A stretch of 63,239 nt of DNA from an uncultured Candidatus Saccharibacteria bacterium (GCA_964358205.1 CAYHNZ010000002.1:1-63239); one strand, 5' to 3'; numbered from the stretch's first letter, positions 1 through 9,299 are shown. The notes: a model not told the origin generated them from the sequence alone. Made by a program: numbers and translations.

Positions 1-166
1 GGGTTTCGGCGTCTTAACAGACAGGCCTCAACCCGCTCGACCGGTTCGAACTAAAGCAGTTTAGTTCTCACGAGCGGTCTCGCCCCCGCACGCTACGCTT
101 ACGCGAACTAGGTAAAAAGTAACTCGCTGGACCGCCAGCTGGCGGTACCATGGCTCGTCACTTTTT
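1..166 (+). repeat. Structured mosaic repeat, copy A (5' part cut off by the window edge)
   Basis: Collinear with 44450-44615 (copy B), with only about nine mismatches by eye. It ends in the family block AAAAAGTAACTCGCTGG-hairpin-TACCATGGCTCGTCACTTTTT. Confidence 0.85.
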
Positions 167-236
167 GACTATCAGGATAATTGACATTAGTTCGAAGGTC
201 TTGCCTGAAAGATAAAAAGAATTTACAGTATTTAAA

Positions 237-515
237 ATGTCCCAACCAATTACCACCGTTGACGAGCAGTACATCTGCGACGAATGTGGCTACACGAGCC
301 CAATTGCTAACGAACGCTGTCCTGACTGCGGCTCGGCGATGAGCGCCCTTCACGACGAAAAACCCAAAGCTAAAGCTCTCGACGGCGAAAGCGAAGAGGA
401 TTTAGCCGAAGAGGGTATGGACTCTGAAGCCCCAAAATCGCTGGAGACCCTCCAAAACGAGGAACAAGAAGAATCCGACAAAGAATACCAAAACGATACC
501 TACGGAAACGAATAA
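237..515 (+). CDS. Small zinc-ribbon protein with an acidic C-terminal tail
   Basis: 92-aa ORF with the CxxC-N13-CxxC pattern (CDECG...CPDCG). It is followed by a GC hairpin. Confidence 0.6.
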   Translation: MSQPITTVDEQYICDECGYTSPIANERCPDCGSAMSALHDEKPKAKALDGESEEDLAEEGMDSEAPKSLETLQNEEQEESDKEYQNDTYGNE

Positions 516-547
516 AAAAAGAGCCCCGCTGCTTCTGCAGGGGGCTC
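514..547 (-). terminator. Intrinsic terminator for the 563-1417 gene
   Basis: GAGCCCC/GGGGCTC stem at 521-547. The A-run at 514-520 becomes a T-run on the minus strand. Confidence 0.6.
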
Positions 548-562
548 TCGGCGTAATCGGAC

Positions 563-1417
563 CTAGCGGAGAATGATGCTCGGGTCGTGCTTGGCGATCT
601 CATTCTGGATCACCGCGACGACCTGGGGCTGAATCGCCGCCCAACTGTAGGCGTCGCCGATGAGAACATCCACCTTGTAGGGGGTGATGAAGATCTCGGA
701 AACACCTTCGATGGCAGTGACCTTTCGGGCAAGCTCAGTGCCGATTGGGCCGAGCCGAGACAGGTCATCACTCCGTTCGTCACCGTAGGTTGTGAATGGG
801 TGACTCCAGCTGCTGATCTCGTAGTGGCTGATCAATCGCCTAGTGCTGAACGAGCGAAAGCAAGCGTTCTCGGACTTCTTGATTGTGACCGGAATTTGCT
901 TGGCTTCGTTGCGAAGTGCAACAACGGCGATGTGCTGCTTGAGACCTAGACCGACATCACGCAGAGTTGCAATAACCTTCGGCTCGACTTCCTTCCAGGT
1001 GAAGGCATCGCCAATCTCGACGTGGACGTCGTAGGGTCTGAACATTAGCTTTGCAATACCCCTTACGGCATATAGCTGCTTGGCGATCTTGCGACAGACC
1101 GGGCTGATTTTGTCGCCCAGTACATCCGCTTTCAGGTCACGGCCGACCTCGGTGATGGAGGTGTTGCAGATTTCGCGGTTGATGTGGAACAGACGTATCC
1201 GGTCGTTTGGCGGGATCTCGACGATCATCGTCAGTGCCTTGCCATTCTTGTGGAAATCGAGTGTCCTGGTTTGCCAGGGCGCTTCGGGAGATAAGTAACT
1301 GCGTTGCCAGCCTTTTTCCAAGCTAGGCCAGATAGAGCCGGGGCGTGCAGAGTTCTGACCAAAAGCAACCGCCGAAGCGATTGCGCAGACCGCGATTGTT
1401 AGTAGAGCATTCTTCAT
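563..1417 (-). CDS. Secreted protein with two internal repeats (GC-rich island)
   Basis: ATG at 1417 is preceded by GAGGG. Signal-peptide-like MKNALLTIAVCAIASAVAFGQ. Two similar segments (FRPYDVHVEIGDAFTWKEVEPKVIA and ITPYKVDVLIGDAYSWAAIQPQVVA). GC is clearly above its neighbours. Confidence 0.75.
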   Translation of the reverse strand: MKNALLTIAVCAIASAVAFGQNSARPGSIWPSLEKGWQRSYLSPEAPWQTRTLDFHKNGKALTMIVEIPPNDRIRLFHINREICNTSITEVGRDLKADVLGDKISPVCRKIAKQLYAVRGIAKLMFRPYDVHVEIGDAFTWKEVEPKVIATLRDVGLGLKQHIAVVALRNEAKQIPVTIKKSENACFRSFSTRRLISHYEISSWSHPFTTYGDERSDDLSRLGPIGTELARKVTAIEGVSEIFITPYKVDVLIGDAYSWAAIQPQVVAVIQNEIAKHDPSIILR

Positions 1418-1605
1418 TTCGTTTTCCCTCTGGAGTACTAGCACGAATGCGAGTAATCCCATTTGGGAAAACGAATATTATGGTCACTTGATTTAAATGA
1501 ACTAATTGAACAAGATAATAGTAGCACTTTTACCCTAAAAAGTCAACTGATGTGGGACAATTTTCCCGCTTCCAAAAAACCCTAAAAACAGGTAAAAAGA
1601 GAGTA

Positions 1606-2955
1606 ATGTTTCATATTTATAACTCCCTTTCAGGCAAGAAAGAAAAGTTTAAGTCGATAAAACCCAAAAAAGTGGGCATGTATGTTTGTGGGCCGACGGT
1701 TTACGACTACGGTCATGTCGGTCACGCCCGAACATATCTAACCTTCGACCTTCTCAACCGTTTTTTGAGCTTTCTTGGCTATAAAGTCAACTATATTCAG
1801 AACATTACCGACGTTGGACACCTGGTAGGGGATGCTGAAACAGGTACAGATAAGATAAAGAAGAAGGCCCAGGAGTCTGGCGAGAGTATTGGCGATATTG
1901 TGCGACATTATACCGAGGCACACCTGGAGGATCTAAAGTCTCTTAATATTATTGAACCAAGTAATTTACCCAAGGCGTCGGAACATATCGCTGATATAAT
2001 TGATTATATCAAGGACCTAATCGCCAAGGGATTTGCCTATGTAACCGAGGAGGGTAATGTTTACTTCAGCGTAAATAAAAAACCTGATTACGGTAAATTA
2101 AGTCGTCGGGGATTAGCGGAAATTCTTACTGGTACTCGGGTCGAGCCAGCCAAAGACAAGCGGATTGCGGCCGATTTTGCACTGTGGAAAACCAGTCTCC
2201 ACCTGGCAGGTGGAGGCGGTATGGCCGAGTTGGTCTGGGATTCGCCTTGGGGTAAGGGTTTCCCGGGTTGGCACATCGAATGTTCGGTGATGAGCCAGAA
2301 ATATCTCGGTGATACTTTTGATATTCATGGTGCGGCTGTTGAGCATGTCTTTCCTCATCACGAGAACGAGATTGCCCAAGCCGAAGCTAAAACCGGCCAA
2401 CCATTAGCCAATTACTGGGTTCATTCCGGCATGTTGACCATCAACGGCCGGAAGATGAGTAAATCGCTTGGTAACACCATTCGCGTTCCCGACGCCCTCA
2501 AGGATTATTCGGCCAATGAAATCCGCCTGGCTTTTTATCTTACTCCCTATCGCCAGCCGTTCGACTACACTCGAGAATCAATGACTCAAGGGGTAGTGCT
2601 TCGCTCCAAACTCTTTAACGCTTATCTGATCGCTAAAGCCGAAGGTGACGAAGGGAGATTAACAGAGGTAATTGACACTCTCGCCGATGATCTAGACACC
2701 CACCGAGCCCTAGACCTGTGGTTAGAGTACGCAGGTAGCTTAAGCAAAGAGCAGTTTGAAAAGCTGTTTGAGATCTTCGGCCTCAAGTTCACCGCCATTG
2801 AAGATAATCCCCAGGCGAAGAAACTAGCCGACGAACGAGAAGAAGCTCGAGCCAAAAAAGACTTCCTCACGGCCGACAACCGCCGTCAAGAGATCGAACA
2901 GCTTGGTTACGAAGTTCTAGACTCGGATTCCGGCACTCGCTACATCCCGCGTTAA
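1606..2955 (+). CDS. cysS: Cysteine--tRNA ligase
   Basis: Class I synthetase motifs HVGHARTY (HIGH) and KMSKS. The CGPTVYD N-terminus is typical of CysRS. ATG at 1606 follows GAGAG. Confidence 0.95.
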   Translation: MFHIYNSLSGKKEKFKSIKPKKVGMYVCGPTVYDYGHVGHARTYLTFDLLNRFLSFLGYKVNYIQNITDVGHLVGDAETGTDKIKKKAQESGESIGDIVRHYTEAHLEDLKSLNIIEPSNLPKASEHIADIIDYIKDLIAKGFAYVTEEGNVYFSVNKKPDYGKLSRRGLAEILTGTRVEPAKDKRIAADFALWKTSLHLAGGGGMAELVWDSPWGKGFPGWHIECSVMSQKYLGDTFDIHGAAVEHVFPHHENEIAQAEAKTGQPLANYWVHSGMLTINGRKMSKSLGNTIRVPDALKDYSANEIRLAFYLTPYRQPFDYTRESMTQGVVLRSKLFNAYLIAKAEGDEGRLTEVIDTLADDLDTHRALDLWLEYAGSLSKEQFEKLFEIFGLKFTAIEDNPQAKKLADEREEARAKKDFLTADNRRQEIEQLGYEVLDSDSGTRYIPR

Positions 2956-2993
2956 GTTTAGGGGTGGGATATAATAGGAATCATTTCCATACT

Positions 2994-3028
2994 TGAAAAT
3001 TGTAAACTGAAAATTGATAATTGCCGAC
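2994..3028. repeat. Degenerate heptanucleotide array (5 units)
   Basis: TGAAAAT TGTAAAC TGAAAAT TGATAAT TGCCGAC, read directly. Confidence 0.8.
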
Positions 3029-3065
3029 GATTTGTCGGTAGCATATACTTTACGCCTGAAAACCA

Positions 3066-3094
3066 TTGACAAACCTTTGATATTCCGGTATATT
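3066..3094 (+). promoter_or_regulatory. Near-consensus sigma70-type promoter of the GC-rich secreted-protein operon
   Basis: TTGACA (3066-3071), a 17-nt spacer, then TATATT (3089-3094). Confidence 0.6.
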
Positions 3095-3123
3095 CCGACC
3101 GTACGTTAAGCGACTGAATTGTC

Positions 3124-3221
3124 GGCGCTGTCTCGGCTGGGATTTGGGAGAGCCGTCACATGAGTTGCTCTAGGGCTTCTCGACGGTTTCCCTCCTTCCC
3201 TTTTCCTGGCTGAGACAGCGC
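3124..3221 (+). promoter_or_regulatory. Structured 5' leader with a long-range helix
   Basis: 3125-3140 pairs with 3205-3221 over about 17 bp. Three of the pairs are G-U and form only in the plus-sense RNA. A GCCCC/GGGGC hairpin (3277-3290) abuts the GAGGTGA ribosome-binding site. Confidence 0.5.
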
Positions 3222-3303
3222 TGATAGTTTACGGACGCCAACGCGTTTATTTACAATTAGTTCGAAAACATGCATTGCCCCGAACGGGGCGAGGTGAAAC
3301 AAG

Positions 3304-4221
3304 ATGAAAAAACTCTGGTTATTCGTCGTCTTCGCCCTCGCGCTGGTTTCACCAGCGTACGGGGGACACTACGTCCTGAAATACGAGAGCAAGGGAATCG
3401 TTTCCCTAGCTCTCGACGACTCAAGAAGCGGTTCGGTAGAACTGATTTTTCAGCTCCTACCGCTGACTGGCGATTACTCGCCAGGCGCAGCCATAGTCAG
3501 ACTCGACGGTCAGCCAATCTGGCAGACTGACGGGTCGAGCTACCTAGGGAGCGTGACAATCCCCGAAACCGGGGAGATTCCCGTCCTAGACGGGACGAAA
3601 TTGCTTGTCCCAAACGTCAAACAGCCAAAGGCAGCTCCTATTCAAGTGAGCCGTCGTTGGTTTCTAGTCAAGCACCAGATTGAGGTTTACTTCTTGGCCA
3701 CAGATGGCCGGGGGAGATCCGACAAGAACCACTCTGCGGCGCCAGCGACGCAGTTCACGATCGAACCGATCGATCCGCCAACGGCGGCAACAACTCTTAG
3801 CGGTAGTCCGCTATCGGCCGATCAGCTCGACGCTGTGATCAAACAGTCTTACGAGCAGGGTGCCGTCGCGGGCAAAACTGCCTGGGAGAAGGAGCGTGAG
3901 CAACTTTTCGCCGAACTTCAAAAAGCGACTGACGAGCTCAACGAGCTTCGTCGAAAAGCTGCGACCCGGGGCGATTCCAAGCCAGGGGCGATGCCCTCGG
4001 CCGTTCGCTACCTGCCAGTTAAATGGGCACATCAAACTTGGCCGGAAGTTGGGGACGAAATGCTACTGGTTGATTCCAGAGGCAAAGTTGTTGCCAGGGC
4101 AAAGGTTGTTGAGGTTCTTCCTCAGCTCAGACGGATTTGGGTCTCCCTGACCCTTCCGATTGATTTCGACGTTCATCAGGGATATACGATCCAACGGCCG
4201 ACCGGCCGAGGAGACAAGTAA
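3304..4221 (+). CDS. Secreted hypothetical protein (GC-rich island)
   Basis: GAGGTGA ribosome-binding site. Signal peptide MKKLWLFVVFALALVSPAYG. Coiled-coil-like EKEREQLFAELQKATDELNELRRK. Confidence 0.8.
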   Translation: MKKLWLFVVFALALVSPAYGGHYVLKYESKGIVSLALDDSRSGSVELIFQLLPLTGDYSPGAAIVRLDGQPIWQTDGSSYLGSVTIPETGEIPVLDGTKLLVPNVKQPKAAPIQVSRRWFLVKHQIEVYFLATDGRGRSDKNHSAAPATQFTIEPIDPPTAATTLSGSPLSADQLDAVIKQSYEQGAVAGKTAWEKEREQLFAELQKATDELNELRRKAATRGDSKPGAMPSAVRYLPVKWAHQTWPEVGDEMLLVDSRGKVVARAKVVEVLPQLRRIWVSLTLPIDFDVHQGYTIQRPTGRGDK

Positions 4222-4222
4222 A

Positions 4223-5068
4223 GTGAAACTACTGAAAGTCATTCTCGCGGCACTGGTGGCCGCCCTCGTCGTTCCCGCCTTCGCGCAAGCGCAGGGCGGT
4301 TTCCTAGACCTAACCAAGGATCCCTTTATCGAAGGGGGTCTCAACGACACGATCGTCCAAGACGAGCTCCTTCCGGCGCTCAACGGGTTTGCTCCCAAGC
4401 TTAAGTCGGATGAAGCCTTCGCCTTCGCCTTCAATATGGACATCAAGAAGTTGCAAGTCGGATACCGGGACAAGAAAACCGGAAAGACCTATACAGCTTC
4501 TGGTTCTCTGCGGGCTGGCGAAAAAGTCCTGGGGACAATCGAATCACGCGAGGACATCGGCAACGGCACGGAAAAGCTGGTCGTTGTCGTTCGCTGGCTG
4601 TGGAAATGCGCCAACCCCCTCTTAATCCCTTTCAAGGTGATCCTCTACATTCCCAAGAGGCAGACTCTGGGGAAGACGATCATCCAGCGTATTGAGGTTC
4701 CCAGCCCATACGCAGTGAATGTCAAGGAGAACACGATCGTTCAGCAGATCGTCCCCTCGGTGGGGGATGTAGTGCTGAACGTCCCTGCTTCGCAAAGGGG
4801 GCGATATCGCCTTGTCGAGACCAGTCACGAAGAGGCCGGCCGAAGGCTCGAGTACCAGAAGAGCTGGTGGGACAATCTCCTCGACTTTTTAAAGGTCGTG
4901 GCGACTCCCATCGCCCAGATCCTCGGACGAACGAACATTAGTCTCAGCGCTACCGGTGGTGCTGGCGGAACGGCCTATGGCGGCAACGCCATTTCGTCAT
5001 CGTCATCGTCAGCCTCGGCTAGCGCTTCAGCCTCTGCGGCCGCTGCTGCGGCCGCCGGCGGCAACTAG
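4223..5068 (+). CDS. Secreted hypothetical protein with a Gly/Ser/Ala-rich C-terminus
   Basis: GTG at 4223 lies 9 nt after GAGGAG and 1 nt after the upstream stop. Signal peptide VKLLKVILAALVAALVVPAFAQA. Confidence 0.75.
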   Translation: MKLLKVILAALVAALVVPAFAQAQGGFLDLTKDPFIEGGLNDTIVQDELLPALNGFAPKLKSDEAFAFAFNMDIKKLQVGYRDKKTGKTYTASGSLRAGEKVLGTIESREDIGNGTEKLVVVVRWLWKCANPLLIPFKVILYIPKRQTLGKTIIQRIEVPSPYAVNVKENTIVQQIVPSVGDVVLNVPASQRGRYRLVETSHEEAGRRLEYQKSWWDNLLDFLKVVATPIAQILGRTNISLSATGGAGGTAYGGNAISSSSSSASASASASAAAAAAAGGN

Positions 5069-5187
5069 CCACCAACCCAATCCTAACCAGGGGAAACTTG
5101 CTCATTCGCAGGTTTCCCCCATCCCTTCTTGAACTAACAGTCGAATTGGTTTAAGAAGTAGATGTAAGTTTAACAAAAAGGAGGAAT

Positions 5188-5754
5188 ATGAAATATTTCA
5201 TCTTTTCACTCATCGCGCTGGCGATTGCTTTCGCAACTCCCGGTGTGATAGTGGCTTCTAGCTCAAGCTCAAGTTCATCTTCAGCTTCGAGCTCAGCTGC
5301 GGCTTCAGCTTCAGTTGGTGGCGGTTCGGCTTCGGCCGGTGCCGGTGCCAGCTCCGGTGCTGGTGCTGCCAGCTCGTCTGGTAATAATTCGTCTGGGTCA
5401 ACCAGTTCGTCTAGTTCCAGTTCGAGCTCCAGCGCTAGTTCGAGCGCTGCTGCTTCCGCAACTAGCGGTAACAAAACTGTTACTGCTGACAGCGTGAAGA
5501 ATTGCACGAGCGCTTCGGCCGGTAGTGCCGCTGGTTCGGGTGCAGCTGCTTCGGCATCTGCTTCTACCAGCTCGGCCGCTAGTGCCGCTGCGGCTACCAA
5601 CTGTCCGAAGACTGTCGTTACGACAGTCAAGACAGTTAAGTCGTTGCCTGCAACTGGTGCCGAAACGGTCCTATTGCCCGGTGCGTTAAGCGCCTTTGCC
5701 CTTGCGGCCCGCAAATTTGCGATGGCCAAAAAGGAAGCTGCTCTCTTAGCCTAA
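5188..5754 (+). CDS. LPXTG-anchored Ser/Ala-rich surface protein
   Basis: AAGGAGG ribosome-binding site and a signal peptide. The C-terminal LPATG is followed by a hydrophobic stretch and a basic tail, which is a sortase sorting signal. Confidence 0.8.
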   Translation: MKYFIFSLIALAIAFATPGVIVASSSSSSSSSASSSAAASASVGGGSASAGAGASSGAGAASSSGNNSSGSTSSSSSSSSSSASSSAAASATSGNKTVTADSVKNCTSASAGSAAGSGAAASASASTSSAASAAAATNCPKTVVTTVKTVKSLPATGAETVLLPGALSAFALAARKFAMAKKEAALLA

Positions 5755-5777
5755 CGGTTAAGAAAGTCGCGAGAAAA

Positions 5778-5798
5778 AGACCCGCAAGGGTCTTTTTC
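5778..5798 (+). terminator. Intrinsic terminator
   Basis: AGACCC-GCAA-GGGTCT hairpin followed by a T-run. Confidence 0.8.
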
Positions 5799-5842
5799 TT
5801 TAGACCCAAGATTTTTTGTTGGTTAACGGATACAATGGAGAC

Positions 5843-6832
5843 ATGAGCAATCAGGAACGAAAAGTGGAGTTAGCCGAAACTTTGCGGATTGACGAGAAGT
5901 CAGCGCGAATAAAGCAGATTGAGGCCGAGATGGCGACGCCGTCTTTTTGGCAAGAACACCAGCGAGCGGCTAAGCTAACCCAGGAGTTGAAGCATTTACA
6001 GGACTTTGTTGCTGAATTTGAGTCAGCCGAGACGGAAGCAGAACTAGAAGAGCTGGAAACCGAAGCGTTCTTTTCCGGCGACCACGACGATTCGTCTTGT
6101 TTTGTTGGCATTCACTCCGGTTCGGGCGGTGTCGATGCTCAAGATTGGGCGGAGATGTTAACTCGGATGTACACTCGCTACGGCGAAAGAGCCGACTACA
6201 AAGTAACCCTACTTGATCAAGCCGACGGCGAGGAAGCGGGGATTAAAAACGCGACCTTACTAATAGAAGGGTTCAGGGCATATGGCAAGCTTAAAGCCGA
6301 GAACGGCGTCCATCGATTAGTTCGAATTAGTCCCTTTGATGCTGCCAAAGCCAGGCACACCTCATTTGCCTTGGTGGAGGTCGTGCCGGAAGTAGCAGAC
6401 GCTCGAGAGGTCGAAATTAACACTGACGAAATCCGCATCGATGTTTACCGAGCCGGTGGCCGCGGTGGCCAGGGCGTTAACACTACCGATTCAGCTGTTC
6501 GAATAACTCACTTACCAACCAAGATTGTCGTTACCTGTCAAAACGAACGAAGCCAATTGCAAAATAAGGTCCAAGCGCTTAAAATTCTTCAGGGCAAGCT
6601 CCAATTACTTGATGACGAGAAGCGACGCATCGCCAACCAAAATCACAAGGGCGAGCCGGTCCTCGCCAGCTGGGGCAACCAAATCCGGTCGTATGTCTTA
6701 CAGCCATACCAGATGGTAAAAGATTTACGGAGCGGCTACGAAACATCTGGTGTCGATGATGTCCTTGATGGCCGTCTGGAGAATTTGATTAATGCTAACA
6801 TTAAACATTTTGCAAACTTAAAGAAAGGATAA
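5843..6832 (+). CDS. prfB: Peptide chain release factor 2
   Basis: SPF tripeptide (RISPFD) and GGQ motif (RGGQGVNTT). The ORF is continuous, so no +1 frameshift site is required. Confidence 0.9.
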   Translation: MSNQERKVELAETLRIDEKSARIKQIEAEMATPSFWQEHQRAAKLTQELKHLQDFVAEFESAETEAELEELETEAFFSGDHDDSSCFVGIHSGSGGVDAQDWAEMLTRMYTRYGERADYKVTLLDQADGEEAGIKNATLLIEGFRAYGKLKAENGVHRLVRISPFDAAKARHTSFALVEVVPEVADAREVEINTDEIRIDVYRAGGRGGQGVNTTDSAVRITHLPTKIVVTCQNERSQLQNKVQALKILQGKLQLLDDEKRRIANQNHKGEPVLASWGNQIRSYVLQPYQMVKDLRSGYETSGVDDVLDGRLENLINANIKHFANLKKG

Positions 6833-6835
6833 AAT

Positions 6836-7147
6836 ATGGAACTACCAAAATTCGGGCAGATGAAAGACATGTATTCGTTGGCCAAGAAAGCCAAGCAGAT
6901 GCAAAAGGAGTTGAAAGATCTTGAAGTCGAGGGACGCTCGGCTAACGGCGAGGTTACGGTTGTCGTTAGTGGTGAGATGAAAATTGTTTCCATCGACATC
7001 AGCGAGCATATGCTAGAACCCAGTAAAAAGCGGGAGCTAGAAGATGTCATCAAAGAAACAGTTGCTAAAGCCCTGGCGACCGCTCAAAGCGAATCGGCCG
7101 CCCGAATGCAGCCGCTACTGAAGGACATGAACTTTCCAGGAATGTAA
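6836..7147 (+). CDS. ybaB: YbaB/EbfC nucleoid-associated protein
   Basis: 103 aa. The KQMQKEL...GEVTVVVSGEMKIVSIDI pattern is typical of the family. Confidence 0.85.
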   Translation: MELPKFGQMKDMYSLAKKAKQMQKELKDLEVEGRSANGEVTVVVSGEMKIVSIDISEHMLEPSKKRELEDVIKETVAKALATAQSESAARMQPLLKDMNFPGM

Positions 7148-7239
7148 AGAATAACTCAAAACTCAAAAGTCCCACCTTCGCCGAGGCTTCGGCGGGCAGG
7201 CAAAAGTTAAAACGAAATATTAGTTAATAAATCAAAAAT

Positions 7240-7803
7240 ATGATTCTAATTATTGGATTGGGAAATCCGGGACAGAAATACGATAAGAACAGGCACAATC
7301 TGGGATTTTTAACGATAGGCGTATTAGCTAATAGGCTAGAACTAGAATCGAAGGAAGATAAGTATATGCTAGCTATGGTTGCTAAAGGCGGGGAGTATGA
7401 GCTGATTGCACCATTAACATATGTCAACGAATCTGGTCTGGCGGTGGTGAAAGTTCAGCAGAAGCATCAAATTGAGCTCAACGATATTTGGGTTGTACAC
7501 GACGATACCGAAATTCCTTTCGGCGAAGTTCGGGTCAAGCGTGGAGGAACTAGTGGTGGCCATAACGGCATCAAGTCGATCGATGAAGCAATCGGTACTG
7601 ACTATTGGCGGATTCGCATCGGTGTTGGTCGTCCGGAGAACCGCCAGTTTGATCTAGCTGACTATGTTTTGAGCGATTTTACGCCTGAAGAAGCGGGAGA
7701 GCTGCCGTTAATAATTGACCGAGTCACCGGTTTCCTGGTACAATCTCTCAAAGACAAGCAATTACAACCAACAACATTTAATGGCACGACCAAAAACAAT
7801 TAA
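7240..7803 (+). CDS. pth: Peptidyl-tRNA hydrolase
   Basis: LIIGLGNPG...YDKNRHNLGF N-terminus and GGHNGIKS motif. Confidence 0.92.
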   Translation: MILIIGLGNPGQKYDKNRHNLGFLTIGVLANRLELESKEDKYMLAMVAKGGEYELIAPLTYVNESGLAVVKVQQKHQIELNDIWVVHDDTEIPFGEVRVKRGGTSGGHNGIKSIDEAIGTDYWRIRIGVGRPENRQFDLADYVLSDFTPEEAGELPLIIDRVTGFLVQSLKDKQLQPTTFNGTTKNN

Positions 7804-8731
7804 CCAACCAGTCGAAGAAGAGAAGCTAGCGGAAGCGCAAAGCGAAATCATGCCTCACCATTCAGCCGAGGCCAGCTTTGATGAGTCGGCGAGCAATGTC
7901 GACGAAGAGGCAGAAAAGGAAACCGCGGTTGAAGAAGGGGCCGGTCTAGACCAAGCCTTACCGGCCGAAGTAGCGGCCATTCATGTCGGCAACGAATCGG
8001 CCATGGCTTTGAACAAAGCCGAGCCGTCGAAACTGGAGCGCAAAAAGGCCAAGAAAGTTGAACGCTCTGTTGAGAAAGCCGAAAAGGCCGCAACCAAAAA
8101 AGAAGTGGAATTAAAGAGTCGTCGCTCCAAAAAATACTTAGCCGCTCGAGCCAAAGTTGAGACAGGCAAGCTTTATTTATTGGCTGATGCCCTGACGTTA
8201 GTTAAAGAACTATCGATGTCTAAATTCGATGGTTCGGTTGAAATTCATCTTCGCCTAAACAAGAAAAAAGCTAAGGGTTCAACGGAATCGAGCCGCGGCG
8301 TCGTCCACCTGCCACACGGTACGGGCAAGGAAAAGAAAGTCGTCGTTTTGGACGAAAAAATGATTGACGAGATCGCCAAGACCAAAAAAATGGATTTTGA
8401 CATCTGTATCGCCAGCCCAGAATTAATGCCGAAAGTCGCTAAAATTGCCAAAATTTTGGGTCCTAAAGGTAAGATGCCCGACCCCAAATCCGGCACCGTC
8501 ACCAACGATCCGAAGAAAGTGATGGAAGAAATCAAGGGTGGTAAAACCGAATACCGCGTTGACGCCAGTGGAATTGTTCATCAAATAATCGGCAAGGTTT
8601 CCTGGGAAGATACAAAGTTGGCCGAAAACGCCAAGGTAGTGATGGCCATCTATCCGAAGTCGCGTCTCAACAGCGCCTTTGTCACTGCTTCAATCGCTCC
8701 GTCAATCCCGCTCGATTTGTCTAAATTCTAA
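7781..8731 (+). CDS. rplA: 50S ribosomal protein L1 with an N-terminal extension of about 100 aa
   Basis: The L1 core runs from SKKYLAARAKV... to the end. ATG at 7781 overlaps the pth 3' end. The start is uncertain; an internal Met at ...SAMALNK is possible. Confidence 0.85.
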   Translation: MARPKTINQPVEEEKLAEAQSEIMPHHSAEASFDESASNVDEEAEKETAVEEGAGLDQALPAEVAAIHVGNESAMALNKAEPSKLERKKAKKVERSVEKAEKAATKKEVELKSRRSKKYLAARAKVETGKLYLLADALTLVKELSMSKFDGSVEIHLRLNKKKAKGSTESSRGVVHLPHGTGKEKKVVVLDEKMIDEIAKTKKMDFDICIASPELMPKVAKIAKILGPKGKMPDPKSGTVTNDPKKVMEEIKGGKTEYRVDASGIVHQIIGKVSWEDTKLAENAKVVMAIYPKSRLNSAFVTASIAPSIPLDLSKF

Positions 8732-8746
8732 ATTCTAGAATCTAAA

Positions 8747-9280
8747 ATGTTAAATCGTCTGGTGGCGCCGTTGGGATTTCTCATCGGCCTGGTGGCACTG
8801 GCTTATGTTATGCAAACGCTGGGAAATTCATCGCCAACAAATAAACCCCTAGCTGGCCCGGAGCTATTAAAACAGTTTGAGATTGTCGAGATTGTCCCGC
8901 CAACGGCTATTGTGAACGACAAAGACGGCAAAAAAATAGATTTGACGACGCTTTTTGCCAAGCCAACCCTACTAACCTTTTGGAGCGTCAATTGTGGCGA
9001 ATGCGATACCGGCCTGCCGGTGCTAGATAATTTTGCTAATAACCAAAGCCAAATCGCAGTAATTATGATCGACACCAAAGATGAGCCGAAAGACGCCGAT
9101 GCCAAACTCAAGTTACTTGACGTAACGCTTGGAACTTATTTCGATCTCGACGGCTCGGCTTTCCAAAATTGGGAAGCGACAATGCCAGCGTCATATTTTG
9201 TTATCAACGGCAAAATCAAATACTATTTCCCTGGTCGAGTCAGTCAAGAGCATCTCGATGCTCTGTTGACGGTCCAGTAA
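8747..9280 (+). CDS. Membrane-anchored TlpA/ResA-like thiol-disulfide oxidoreductase
   Basis: N-terminal TM helix. Thioredoxin-fold motif LLTFWSVNCGECD (CxxC). Confidence 0.8.
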   Translation: MLNRLVAPLGFLIGLVALAYVMQTLGNSSPTNKPLAGPELLKQFEIVEIVPPTAIVNDKDGKKIDLTTLFAKPTLLTFWSVNCGECDTGLPVLDNFANNQSQIAVIMIDTKDEPKDADAKLKLLDVTLGTYFDLDGSAFQNWEATMPASYFVINGKIKYYFPGRVSQEHLDALLTVQ

Positions 9281-9299
9281 ATTTCTGCCACAATCATTA

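Noticed and set aside
40-50. tRNA genes: GGTTCGAA T-loop-like words occur at 41-50 and 44490-44499.
   Set aside because: The words sit inside repeat hairpins with no acceptor, D or anticodon arms. No cloverleaf could be drawn anywhere in the window.
130-166. T-box riboswitch: GGCGGTACCATGG resembles the T-box GGTGGTACCGCG, and a T-run follows.
   Set aside because: The GGCGG part belongs to an optional hairpin that is absent in copies C and D. There is no specifier-loop or Stem I architecture, and no downstream gene is an aminoacyl-tRNA synthetase or amino-acid gene. The T-run pairs with an upstream A-run.
5151-5729. A 192-aa minus-strand ORF lies opposite the LPXTG gene. Similar antisense ORFs in the track include 10366-10779, 10834-11127, 2113-2400, 16822-17085 and 35764-36048.
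   Set aside because: These are shadow ORFs on the opposite strand of genes with clear motifs, ribosome-binding sites and terminators. They arise from low-complexity or GC-rich sense codons that leave the antisense frame open. None has a ribosome-binding site or a recognisable motif.
5816-5900. Programmed +1 frameshift in prfB.
   Set aside because: The RF2 frame is continuous from the ATG at 5843, and no in-frame TGA or CTTTGAC-like shift site is seen near the 5' end.
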